Positions 51,903 to 61,082 of a stretch of DNA of 64,000 nucleotides are shown one piece after another. The position numbers and the translations under genes were made by a program. The notes beneath the pieces were generated by a model. It ran no database searches. It was not told where the DNA came from and worked only from the letters and a program-made list of their open reading frames with translations. The stretch comes from an uncultured bacterium (GTDB taxonomy: Bacteria; Fidelibacterota; Marinisomatia; SCGC-AAA003-L08; GCA-2689995): contig CAZGWH010000005.1 in the NCBI GenBank assembly GCA_964529325.1, positions 1,126 through 65,125 on the forward strand, given 5' to 3'. Positions within the stretch are counted from its first letter, which is position 1; every line of letters begins with the position of its first letter.

Positions 51903-53773
51903 ATCAAATTGTTATCGGAATGGCTGGTCATATTGACCATGGCAAAACATCTCTTGTAAAAGCATTAACTGGAACAAATACTGATAATTTAGAAGAAGAG
52001 CTTCGCCGGGGAATGACCATTGATTTAGGATTTGCTTTTTTAAATGATGAGATTACACTAATTGATGTTCCTGGTCATGAAAAATTTGTAAAAAATATGA
52101 TGGCTGGAGCGAGTGGTATTGATGGTGCAATATTAGTAATTGCTGCTGATGATGGTATTATGCCACAGACTAAAGAGCATTTTGAAATATTAAATTTATT
52201 AGGGATACAAAATGTAATTGTTGCTCTTAATAAAATTGATTTAGCAGATTTAGAATGGATTGAATTAGTAGAAATGGAAATTCATGATTTACTTTTGGAA
52301 GCAGAAATTGATGAGTTTTCAATAATTCAGGTGTCAGCAATACAAAATAAAGGTATTGATAAATTAAAAACAGCTATTATTGAATTATCACAAATGATCC
52401 CATCAAAAATTGATAATGGTATTTTTAGGCTTCCAGTTGATCGTGTTTTTACAATTCAAGGATTTGGTACAGTTGTTACTGGAACTGTACAATCTGGAAG
52501 TATAAAAGTTGGTCAGGAAATCGAAATAATTCCTGGAAATATAAAAGTAAAAGTCCGTGGGATTCAAAGCCATGAAACAAAAACAAATCAAGTTAATTTA
52601 GGCGATAGAGCCGCAATTAATTTTCAAGGCCTAAATAAAAATTCGATAAAACGAGGATTTCAATGTACATCAATCGGATATTTATCATCTACAAAAGAAA
52701 TTGGTGCAAATATCACAAATTTAAAAAATTCAAAAATTGAAATTAAACAAAACCAACGCGTGCGAATTCACTTAGGTACTCAAGAAGTAATGGCTAGAAT
52801 TTCAATTTTAGATAAAAAGTTAATCAATTCAGGTGAAACTGCAACTGTGATAATAAAATTGGAAGAACCTTTAGTTGCAACAATGAACGATAGATTTATT
52901 ATACGGCGGTTCTCACCTGTAGTTACTATTGGTGGCGGGCAAGTAATTGATGCACATTTTATTGGTAAATGGAGTGAAAAAAAAGAATATATAAAATCAA
53001 TTTCTAAGTTTACAGATAATGAACGAATTATTAATATTATTCAATATCAAGGGGTAAATCCAATTGATAAAAAAAATATTAATATTAAGTTTGGAATAGA
53101 TAGCGATTTATTGAAAAAGAAAATTGCTCAATTTTCAGAAGCAAGATATATAAATGATAAAAATGAAACTTGGTTAGTCACTGAAAATCAATTAGATATG
53201 ATTGATCATAAAATAATAAATATTTTAGAATTATTTCAGAAAAAAAATAGACTAAAATCAGGTGCTTTGTCTGAAGAAATATATCAACAAACTGGTGGGA
53301 ATAAAAAATTTATAGAAAATCGATTAATATCTCTGGAGGATAAGAAAGCGATTAAACGCATTGGTGAATTTTGGAGTACTATAAATTTTGAAGTTCGGTT
53401 TTCAAATGAAGAAAATAAATTATACAATAAAATAATAACACAATTAAATAAAGAAGGTTTTCAATCTTCTAATTTAAATGATTTTTCTAAAACAACAGGT
53501 GTCATTGAATCGGAATTAATTCCGTTAATTAAAATTGGGGAAATGAAAAATGAAATTATTCGTTTGACTGAAACATTAATGTTTACACAAAATAATTTTG
53601 ATTTATTGAAAGAGAAAACAATTTCATTTTTATTAAAAAATAAATCTATTTCCATATCTGAATTTAAAGATATAGCAGAAACTTCCCGAAAATATGCTGT
53701 GCCCTTGCTTGAATATTTTGATCGTATAAAAATTACTTATCGTGATGGTAATGAAAGAAAATTATTAGGTTAA
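51899..53773 (+). CDS. selB: Selenocysteine-specific elongation factor SelB
   Basis: TTG start overlaps the selA TGA. GMAGHIDHGKTSLVKALTG, DVPGHEKF, NKID. Long C-terminal winged-helix region. 624 aa. Confidence 0.92.
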   Translation: MNQIVIGMAGHIDHGKTSLVKALTGTNTDNLEEELRRGMTIDLGFAFLNDEITLIDVPGHEKFVKNMMAGASGIDGAILVIAADDGIMPQTKEHFEILNLLGIQNVIVALNKIDLADLEWIELVEMEIHDLLLEAEIDEFSIIQVSAIQNKGIDKLKTAIIELSQMIPSKIDNGIFRLPVDRVFTIQGFGTVVTGTVQSGSIKVGQEIEIIPGNIKVKVRGIQSHETKTNQVNLGDRAAINFQGLNKNSIKRGFQCTSIGYLSSTKEIGANITNLKNSKIEIKQNQRVRIHLGTQEVMARISILDKKLINSGETATVIIKLEEPLVATMNDRFIIRRFSPVVTIGGGQVIDAHFIGKWSEKKEYIKSISKFTDNERIINIIQYQGVNPIDKKNINIKFGIDSDLLKKKIAQFSEARYINDKNETWLVTENQLDMIDHKIINILELFQKKNRLKSGALSEEIYQQTGGNKKFIENRLISLEDKKAIKRIGEFWSTINFEVRFSNEENKLYNKIITQLNKEGFQSSNLNDFSKTTGVIESELIPLIKIGEMKNEIIRLTETLMFTQNNFDLLKEKTISFLLKNKSISISEFKDIAETSRKYAVPLLEYFDRIKITYRDGNERKLLG

Positions 53774-56361
53774 TGAGTAAAACTGCACCTACACCCGTTA
53801 TGAAACAATTTTGGGAGGCAAAAAAAAATCATCCCGATTCAATCTTATTATTTCGAATGGGTGACTTTTATGAAACTTTTGAAAATGATGCGATAAATGC
53901 ATCAAAAATATTAGGAATTACTCTCACAAAAAGAGCAAATGGTGCGGCATCATCCATACCTTTGGCAGGTTTCCCATATCATTCTTTAGAACAACATTTA
54001 CACAAATTTTTAAAAGCGGGATTAAGAGTTGCAATTTGTGAACAAGTTGAAGACCCTAAAAAAGCAAAAGGAATTGTTAAGCGAGAAGTGGTTGAAGTCG
54101 TAACACCAGGAATTGCAATTACAGACCAATTTTTAAATCAAAAAGAAAATAATTATTTAATGTGTCTTTTTGGTGCAGATGGAAAGTTTGGATTTAGTAT
54201 ATTAGATCATTCTACAGGTGAATTTAAAACTGGAGAAAGAAATCTTACAAAATTAAGAACTTTAATACAACAATTTTCACCCAGCGAGATAATTGTTCCT
54301 GAATTTCAATTGAATGACTTTAAATCTCGAATAGGGAATGATTATTTATTTACAGTTTATAATGAATGGATGTTTGATGAACGGTCATGTTATAATCGAT
54401 TAACTGAACATTTTAAATCTAAAAATTTAAAGGGATTTGGATTAGAAAAATTAAATTTAGCAATTTCTTCAAGTGGTGTTATTTTAGATTATTTGAAGAA
54501 AAATTGTAGAGCAAATATAAATCATATATCTTCAATTTCAATTATTAAGGAAAAAGGATTTATGAATTTAGATGGGTTTACAATTCGTAATTTAGAAATC
54601 TTTAATTCATTAAATTCACAAAATGATGATAATTCATTAATTCAATGTTTAGATTATTCGTTAACAGCAATTGGAGGACGATTATTAAAATCGTGGGTTA
54701 GAAGTCCTTTGACAAATAAAAAGCAAATTGAATTTCGGCATAATTTAATTGAAGATTTATTTCAAAATAAAGTTCTTGTAAAAGATATAAATTTTAATTT
54801 AAAAAAGTTATCAGATACTGAACGCATTATTACTCGTTTAACTGTAAATAGAGCAAGCCCACGTGAAGTTCAACAACTGGGATTAAGTTTAATTATCGGT
54901 AAGACAATTCAAACTGAAATTAAAAAAATAAAATCCAAAAATTTCAAAAAATTATTTATGGATTTCCATGATGTAGATGAAATATCTCAAATCATAATAA
55001 ATGGACTACAAGAAGAGCTTCCAGTAAAGTTATCACAAGGAAATGTAATAAAAACGGGTGTGTGTTCAAAGCTAGATGAACTTAGAGAAATAAAAAATGA
55101 TGCGACAAAATGGTTAGCAAAATACCAAGTTAGTGAGAGAGAATCATCACAAATAAATAATCTTAAAATTAAATATAACCGAGTGTTTGGTTACTTTATT
55201 GAAGTGACAAAATCAAATATAGATCAAGTTCCCGAACATTATATTCGTAAACAAACTTTAACCAATGCAGAGCGATACTTTACTCCTGAATTAAAAGAAT
55301 TTGAAGATAAAATATTAAATGCAAATGATAAAATTTTAGAATTAGAAACAGAACTATTTTATGAATTAAGAACATCTATTCTTGAATTTTCAAAACATAT
55401 TCAAGATAATGCAAGAATATTGGCATTTTTGGATGTAATCTGTGGATTTTACGAATTGGCAGATAAATATAATTATTGTAAACCTGAAATTGAAGTTTCA
55501 AATTTGCTCGAAATTAAAAATGGGCGTCACCCTGTTATTGAACAGATTTTACCAATAAATGAACAGTTTATTCCCAATGATATATTTTTAGAACCAACGA
55601 CAAAACAAATTGCAATTATAACGGGTCCAAATATGGCTGGGAAAAGTACATATTTAAGGCAAATTGCATTAATTGTTTTAATTGCACAAATTGGTAGTTT
55701 TGTTCCCGCGGATTCTGCTAAAATTGGAATTGTAGATCAAATATTTACACGAGTTGGAGCAAGTGATAATTTAACCGCAGGTGAGTCTACATTCTTGGTA
55801 GAAATGAATGAAACTGCAAATATTTTAAATAATGCAACAAAAGATAGTCTCATAATATTGGATGAAATTGGTCGTGGTACATCAACTTATGATGGATTAT
55901 CAATTGCATGGGCAGTTACTGAATACATTCATAATAAACCTGAAATTGCTTCAAAAACGTTGTTTGCAACCCATTATCATGAATTAGTTAATTTAGCTGA
56001 AGAATTACCAAATGCATTTAATTTAAATGTTTTAGTTAAAGAATTTGAAAATCAAATTGTTTTTATGAGAAAAATAATTGAAGGTGGTGCAGATAAAAGT
56101 TATGGAATTCATGTTGCTGAACTTGCTGGAATACCACAGTCTGTAATTCAAAGATCTAGAGAAATTTTATTTGAATTAAATGAAAATCCAAATGAAAATG
56201 TGAAAGCAAGTATAGAAGTGAAAAAAGAATTTCAAATGGATTTATTTTCTAAGAAACAAAGTGAGTTTATAAATGATTTAAAAGAAATTGATATTAATAA
56301 AATAACACCAATAGAAGCGATGACAAAACTTGACGAATTGAAAAAGAAACATGAGGTTTAA
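53773..56361 (+). CDS. mutS: DNA mismatch repair protein MutS
   Basis: TPVMKQFWEAKKNHPDSILLFRMGDFYETF, GPNMAGKST, DEIGRGTSTYDG. Confidence 0.98.
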   Translation: MSKTAPTPVMKQFWEAKKNHPDSILLFRMGDFYETFENDAINASKILGITLTKRANGAASSIPLAGFPYHSLEQHLHKFLKAGLRVAICEQVEDPKKAKGIVKREVVEVVTPGIAITDQFLNQKENNYLMCLFGADGKFGFSILDHSTGEFKTGERNLTKLRTLIQQFSPSEIIVPEFQLNDFKSRIGNDYLFTVYNEWMFDERSCYNRLTEHFKSKNLKGFGLEKLNLAISSSGVILDYLKKNCRANINHISSISIIKEKGFMNLDGFTIRNLEIFNSLNSQNDDNSLIQCLDYSLTAIGGRLLKSWVRSPLTNKKQIEFRHNLIEDLFQNKVLVKDINFNLKKLSDTERIITRLTVNRASPREVQQLGLSLIIGKTIQTEIKKIKSKNFKKLFMDFHDVDEISQIIINGLQEELPVKLSQGNVIKTGVCSKLDELREIKNDATKWLAKYQVSERESSQINNLKIKYNRVFGYFIEVTKSNIDQVPEHYIRKQTLTNAERYFTPELKEFEDKILNANDKILELETELFYELRTSILEFSKHIQDNARILAFLDVICGFYELADKYNYCKPEIEVSNLLEIKNGRHPVIEQILPINEQFIPNDIFLEPTTKQIAIITGPNMAGKSTYLRQIALIVLIAQIGSFVPADSAKIGIVDQIFTRVGASDNLTAGESTFLVEMNETANILNNATKDSLIILDEIGRGTSTYDGLSIAWAVTEYIHNKPEIASKTLFATHYHELVNLAEELPNAFNLNVLVKEFENQIVFMRKIIEGGADKSYGIHVAELAGIPQSVIQRSREILFELNENPNENVKASIEVKKEFQMDLFSKKQSEFINDLKEIDINKITPIEAMTKLDELKKKHEV

Positions 56362-56462
56362 AAATTAAATTTTTAAATAAATATTGGATAATATTTTTTA
56401 TTTCCTTTAGTTTTTCATCAATAAAAATAACAGGAAATACATCAATATATTCTAATATACCA

Positions 56463-57311
56463 TTGTCGGCTCAAACTATTGCTCGTGCAGGGTCAATAAA
56501 TTTCCAATCTAACTCATCATTATCTATATTTTCAAATCCAGTTGTAAAAAAAACATCTCAACAGTTAATAGGATTTAATATTAATTCTTATTTTTCAAAT
56601 GAATATTCCTCCTCATTATTTATTTTTCCTCAAAAATATTTAAACAAATGGAATTATAATATTGGAGTTATCCATATTTCAATTCCTAAAATTCCGAATA
56701 CTCAATATTTATTTGAAAATGATGTGCCTAATTATGATAATGTTTCATACTATAATCAAATTAATTTAGGATTATTATTAAATTTTTCAACAAAAATATA
56801 TGAAAACTATAAATTTGGAATAAATTTTATTCCACATTTATCTAGTTTATCTAATGAAAAATCATATGGAATAATTTATAATATAGGTGTATTTTATCCT
56901 GGATTTAAAAATGTAGAATATGGGATAATAATTAATTCTGCTCCAGGGTCATTCACTTTTTGGAAAAATAATTCTATTGAATTATTTCCATTTGAATTGA
57001 TATTTCCTTTAATTTATAAAATTGGGAAAATGGAAATAAATTCGAATTTAAATTATTTTTCTAGTCAAAAGGATAAAGTTAATTATTCATTTGGGGTTGA
57101 TTTTAATTTAGTTGATAATATCAAATTTATTTTGGGTCATAGTAAAAAGATAAAATACAGTGCTGGGTTTATATTTAATTTTCAAGGAATTAAAATTGAA
57201 TATGGTGCTGGGTATCAAAAATTAGAAACATTTAATATGTTTCATCATGGAGTTGATTTAGTTTTTAATTTAAAAATGGCAAATAAATGGCAAAAATTAT
57301 TAAAACCTTAG
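56463..57311 (+). CDS. Predicted outer-membrane beta-barrel protein (PorV/PorQ-like look); probable 5' extension to 56364
   Basis: Alternating aromatic/polar strands and an ARAGS...SIFSNP N-terminal pattern. An in-frame upstream segment encodes a signal peptide but has no canonical start. Confidence 0.5.
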   Translation: MSAQTIARAGSINFQSNSSLSIFSNPVVKKTSQQLIGFNINSYFSNEYSSSLFIFPQKYLNKWNYNIGVIHISIPKIPNTQYLFENDVPNYDNVSYYNQINLGLLLNFSTKIYENYKFGINFIPHLSSLSNEKSYGIIYNIGVFYPGFKNVEYGIIINSAPGSFTFWKNNSIELFPFELIFPLIYKIGKMEINSNLNYFSSQKDKVNYSFGVDFNLVDNIKFILGHSKKIKYSAGFIFNFQGIKIEYGAGYQKLETFNMFHHGVDLVFNLKMANKWQKLLKP

Positions 57312-57314
57312 GGT

Positions 57315-58199
57315 GTGTATATGCCTAATAGTATGACTGGGTTTGGAAATGCAGAATATTCCAATAATGGAATTACAATTCGTGTAAGCATTAAATCGTT
57401 AAATAGTCGGTTTCTAGATATTCATTTAAAACTACCTCGTCTATTATATGAATTTGAATCTAGTATAAATACATTAGTAAAAGAATATTTAGAAAGAGGC
57501 CGGGTTTCTATTTCAATGGAAATTGAATCTGAGACCGATTTATTAGATGAAATTAATTTAGATATGCCTCGATTAAAACAATATATGCGATTAATAAATG
57601 AAATTACCTCCGAAATTCAAAGTATTAATAAACCAAGTATTGAATATTTTTTAAATAATCAAGAAATAGTTAAAAAAGAAACAAAATTAAACAAAGAACA
57701 GATTGAAATTTGTCTTAAAAAAAGTTTAATATTAGGATTACAGGAAACACAGAAATTACGGAAAATAGAGGGGCAAAAATTAATCGATGATTTAACCCTT
57801 CGAATTGATATCTCCAATAAAATTGTTGAAGAGATTAAATCAATTACTGATTCAACTTGGAATACGCAAATTGAAAAGTATAAAAAAAGAATCGGTAGTT
57901 TAATAAATGATGTAAAAATTGATGAACAGAGATTAGCTCAAGAGATTGCAATTATTGCAGAAAAAAGAGACATCACTGAAGAAATTATAAGATTTAAAGC
58001 TCATACAGAGTTATTCAAAGATTTTCTTAATGAATCTAATAATCAGATTGGAAAGAAAATGAATTTTCTTTTACAGGAAATAGGTAGAGAAGTTAATACG
58101 ATCGGTTCAAAAACTGATATTACAAAAGTGAGCCATTTAGTTGTTAATTTAAAAAATGAAATTGAAAAAATAAGAGAGCAGGTACAGAATATATTATGA
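57315..58199 (+). CDS. yicC: YicC-family stress-induced protein
   Basis: SMTGFG N-terminus, SLNSRFLDI, and a C-terminal NFLLQEIGREVNTIGSK motif. Confidence 0.9.
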   Translation: MYMPNSMTGFGNAEYSNNGITIRVSIKSLNSRFLDIHLKLPRLLYEFESSINTLVKEYLERGRVSISMEIESETDLLDEINLDMPRLKQYMRLINEITSEIQSINKPSIEYFLNNQEIVKKETKLNKEQIEICLKKSLILGLQETQKLRKIEGQKLIDDLTLRIDISNKIVEEIKSITDSTWNTQIEKYKKRIGSLINDVKIDEQRLAQEIAIIAEKRDITEEIIRFKAHTELFKDFLNESNNQIGKKMNFLLQEIGREVNTIGSKTDITKVSHLVVNLKNEIEKIREQVQNIL

Positions 58200-58780
58200 G
58201 TGAAGGTAAACTTATTGTATTATCAGCCCCATCAGGGACTGGTAAAACTTCTGTTTGTAAGGAATTATTAAAAAGAAATCCAAATTGGACATTCTCAATA
58301 TCGGTAACAACTCGAGAGCCTAGAGAAGGTGAAGTTGATGGTATTGATTATATTTTTATGGAAGATGAAAAATTTAAACACATGGCTCATTTTGGTGATT
58401 TTATTGAATGGGAATGGGTACATGGTAATAAATATGGTACATTGATGTCAACATTAGATGATTCATTAGATGAAGGTAAAATAATGTTACTTGATATTGA
58501 TGTTAAAGGTGGAAAATCAATTACTGAGGAATTTCCAGATGAAGTTATTTCAATTTTTATTGAACCTCCAGGAGATAATATTACTGAAAAGAAAGAAGTA
58601 TTGGAGGAAAGATTAAAATTAAGAGCTAATACACCGATTACATTAATTAAAAAAAGGTTAAAAAGATTAGATCTTGAGTTGGAATATAAAGATAATTTCC
58701 AACATCATTTTATTAATTATGATTTAGAAGAAACCACAAACGATATTGAAAATATAATAAAGGAAAATTTAGACAAATGA
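58196..58780 (+). CDS. gmk: Guanylate kinase
   Basis: LIVLSAPSGTGKTS, TTREPREGEVDGIDYIF. Confidence 0.95.
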   Translation: MSEGKLIVLSAPSGTGKTSVCKELLKRNPNWTFSISVTTREPREGEVDGIDYIFMEDEKFKHMAHFGDFIEWEWVHGNKYGTLMSTLDDSLDEGKIMLLDIDVKGGKSITEEFPDEVISIFIEPPGDNITEKKEVLEERLKLRANTPITLIKKRLKRLDLELEYKDNFQHHFINYDLEETTNDIENIIKENLDK

Positions 58781-59055
58781 TAGTAACATTACCATTTAGT
58801 GAATTAAATAAAATTAATGATGATATTTATAAAAGTGTCGTTATTATTGGGAAAAGATCAAAACAAGTTATTGAAGATAGACAAATTAATAAAATTCATG
58901 TCATTGATGAGGAAGAAGACTTTGAGAGTCTAGACAGTGTTCGTGAAATTGAAATTGAAGAATATATTGAAAAAGACAAGGTTATTGTTTCTTCTTTAAA
59001 AGAATATATGGCAGGTGATCTTGAATGGAAACTTGAACAAACTCAAGATAACTAA
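58777..59055 (+). CDS. rpoZ: RNA polymerase omega subunit (probable)
   Basis: 92 aa. gmk-rpoZ synteny. Core resembles omega (YKSVVIIGKRSKQV). Confidence 0.55.
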   Translation: MIVTLPFSELNKINDDIYKSVVIIGKRSKQVIEDRQINKIHVIDEEEDFESLDSVREIEIEEYIEKDKVIVSSLKEYMAGDLEWKLEQTQDN

Positions 59056-59061
59056 TGAAAA

Positions 59062-59721
59062 ATGAATGGGAGATTGCGTAATCAATGGCTTTTACAGCAA
59101 AAAGAATTATACGGTGATTCCCTATATTTAGAAAAAAAAGAAAATAATTCGGTTGATGAAAAAACCAATTTAGATGAATTTAAGAATCAAATTAATAATT
59201 GTCAAAATTGCAAATTAAGTTTAAATCGTAAAAATATTGTATTCGGCATCGGTAACCCTGATGCCGATTTAGTTTTCATTGGTATGGCTCCAAACGAAAA
59301 TGAAGAATTAATTGGTGAACCTATTGTGGGAGCTGAGGGTGAGTTATTTGATAATATATTAAAAGCAATTAATTTGAATAGAAAAAATATTTATATATTA
59401 AATATTTTAAAGTGTAAACCTCCTAATAATATAAATATTCAGCAAAATGAAATTGATCAGTGTATACCTTATTTAGATACACAATTAAATTTAATTAATC
59501 CTAAATTAATAATTGTTCTTGGTGAAATTGCAGGGCAAAAATTACTTCAAATTGATATATCCCTTAATGAGATGAGAAAAAATACATATCAATATAATGG
59601 AATTGAATTAATGGTAACTTATCATCCAGAAACTTTAATAAAAAAATCAAAATTAAAAAGACCGGCATGGGAAGATTTTAAAAAAATGAGAACTAAATAT
59701 TTAAAAGAGGATAAATTTTGA
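59062..59721 (+). CDS. udg: Uracil-DNA glycosylase, family 4 type (Fe-S)
   Basis: CQNCKL...VFGIGNPDADLVFIGMAPNENEE...GEPIVGAEGELFDNIL...LKCKPP. Four-Cys pattern. Confidence 0.8.
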   Translation: MNGRLRNQWLLQQKELYGDSLYLEKKENNSVDEKTNLDEFKNQINNCQNCKLSLNRKNIVFGIGNPDADLVFIGMAPNENEELIGEPIVGAEGELFDNILKAINLNRKNIYILNILKCKPPNNINIQQNEIDQCIPYLDTQLNLINPKLIIVLGEIAGQKLLQIDISLNEMRKNTYQYNGIELMVTYHPETLIKKSKLKRPAWEDFKKMRTKYLKEDKF

Positions 59722-61079
59722 CAGATCAAAGTTCAGAAGTACGCTTACCTCCTCAATCAGTTGAAGCTGAAAAGGCATTATTAGGATGTGTTTTAATAGA
59801 AAGTTCCGCACTTCCTAAAGTAATAGACAAAGTTCAAGTAGATAGTTTTTATAAACCTGCACATTCAAAAATATATCAGGCAATGTTAGATTTATTTGAA
59901 AAAAATGAATCGATAGACACAATTACGGTTGTTGATAAATTACAAAAAAATGGTGAATTAGAAAATGTAGGTGGAGCATATTATATTTCTGGATTATCTA
60001 ATGAAACGGCTTCATCTGAAAATGTTGAATATTATGGAAAAATTGTAGCTGATAAATCGACATTAAGAAATATTATTGCTACTTCAGTAGATTTATCAAC
60101 CCTTGCTTATGATGAAAAAAGTGAGGTGACTGCAATTTTAGATGAAGCAGAAAAAAAATTATTTGCATTATCTCAAAATTTTTCTCGAGGTGGTTTTACT
60201 CCAATCAGTAAAAAATTACATGATGTTTTAGATAAATGGGGAAATCATAAAAAAGGTGAGTTTATTGGTGTTCCAACGGGTTATACTGATTTAGATAAAA
60301 AACTTTCAGGTTTTCAAAAATCAGATCTAATTATTCTTGCGGGGCGACCATCTATGGGTAAAACAGCCCTTGCTTTAAGCATGGCAAGAAACGCAGCAGT
60401 TGAACATAATTTAAAAGTAGGGGTTTTTAGTCTTGAAATGTCAGTTACCCAATTAACGGAACGATTAATAACTGCTGAGGCTAAAGTAGATAGTCATCTC
60501 GTTAGAGATGGGAGATTACCTGGAAAAGACTGGAAAAAACTATCTAAAGCTGCTGGGAAATTAAATAAAGCACAAATATTTATTGATGATTCTGCAGATT
60601 TGAACATTATGGAATTGAGAGCAAAAGCAAGAAGATTAAAAGCTGAATTTGGCATTGATGCTTTATTTATAGACTATTTACAATTATTAAATGTACCGGG
60701 TAGAACAGAAAGTCGCCAACAAGAAATTTCATTTATTTCACGATCATTAAAAGCATTAGCAAAAGATTTAGATATCCCTGTTATTGCTTTATCTCAGCTT
60801 TCTCGAGCATTGGAGGCAAGACAGGATAAACGGCCAATGATGTCTGATTTGAGAGAAAGTGGAGCAATTGAGCAAGATGCTGATGTTGTTTTATTTGTAT
60901 ATCGACCAATCGTGTATTCAAAAAAAGAAGAAGATGAAGGATTGGGTGAAATTATTATTTCTAAACATAGAAATGGACCAACGGGTATAATAAAAGTTTC
61001 ATTTGTTGATAAATATGCTCGGTTTGAAAACATGGAATTTCATGAAGATCAATATAGTAATGATCCTTTCTATGGTTAA
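59718..61079 (+). CDS. dnaB: Replicative DNA helicase DnaB
   Basis: LPPQSVEAEKALLGCVL, GRPSMGKTALAL, IDYLQL, SQLSRALE. Confidence 0.97.
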   Translation: MTDQSSEVRLPPQSVEAEKALLGCVLIESSALPKVIDKVQVDSFYKPAHSKIYQAMLDLFEKNESIDTITVVDKLQKNGELENVGGAYYISGLSNETASSENVEYYGKIVADKSTLRNIIATSVDLSTLAYDEKSEVTAILDEAEKKLFALSQNFSRGGFTPISKKLHDVLDKWGNHKKGEFIGVPTGYTDLDKKLSGFQKSDLIILAGRPSMGKTALALSMARNAAVEHNLKVGVFSLEMSVTQLTERLITAEAKVDSHLVRDGRLPGKDWKKLSKAAGKLNKAQIFIDDSADLNIMELRAKARRLKAEFGIDALFIDYLQLLNVPGRTESRQQEISFISRSLKALAKDLDIPVIALSQLSRALEARQDKRPMMSDLRESGAIEQDADVVLFVYRPIVYSKKEEDEGLGEIIISKHRNGPTGIIKVSFVDKYARFENMEFHEDQYSNDPFYG

Positions 61080-61082
61080 TTT

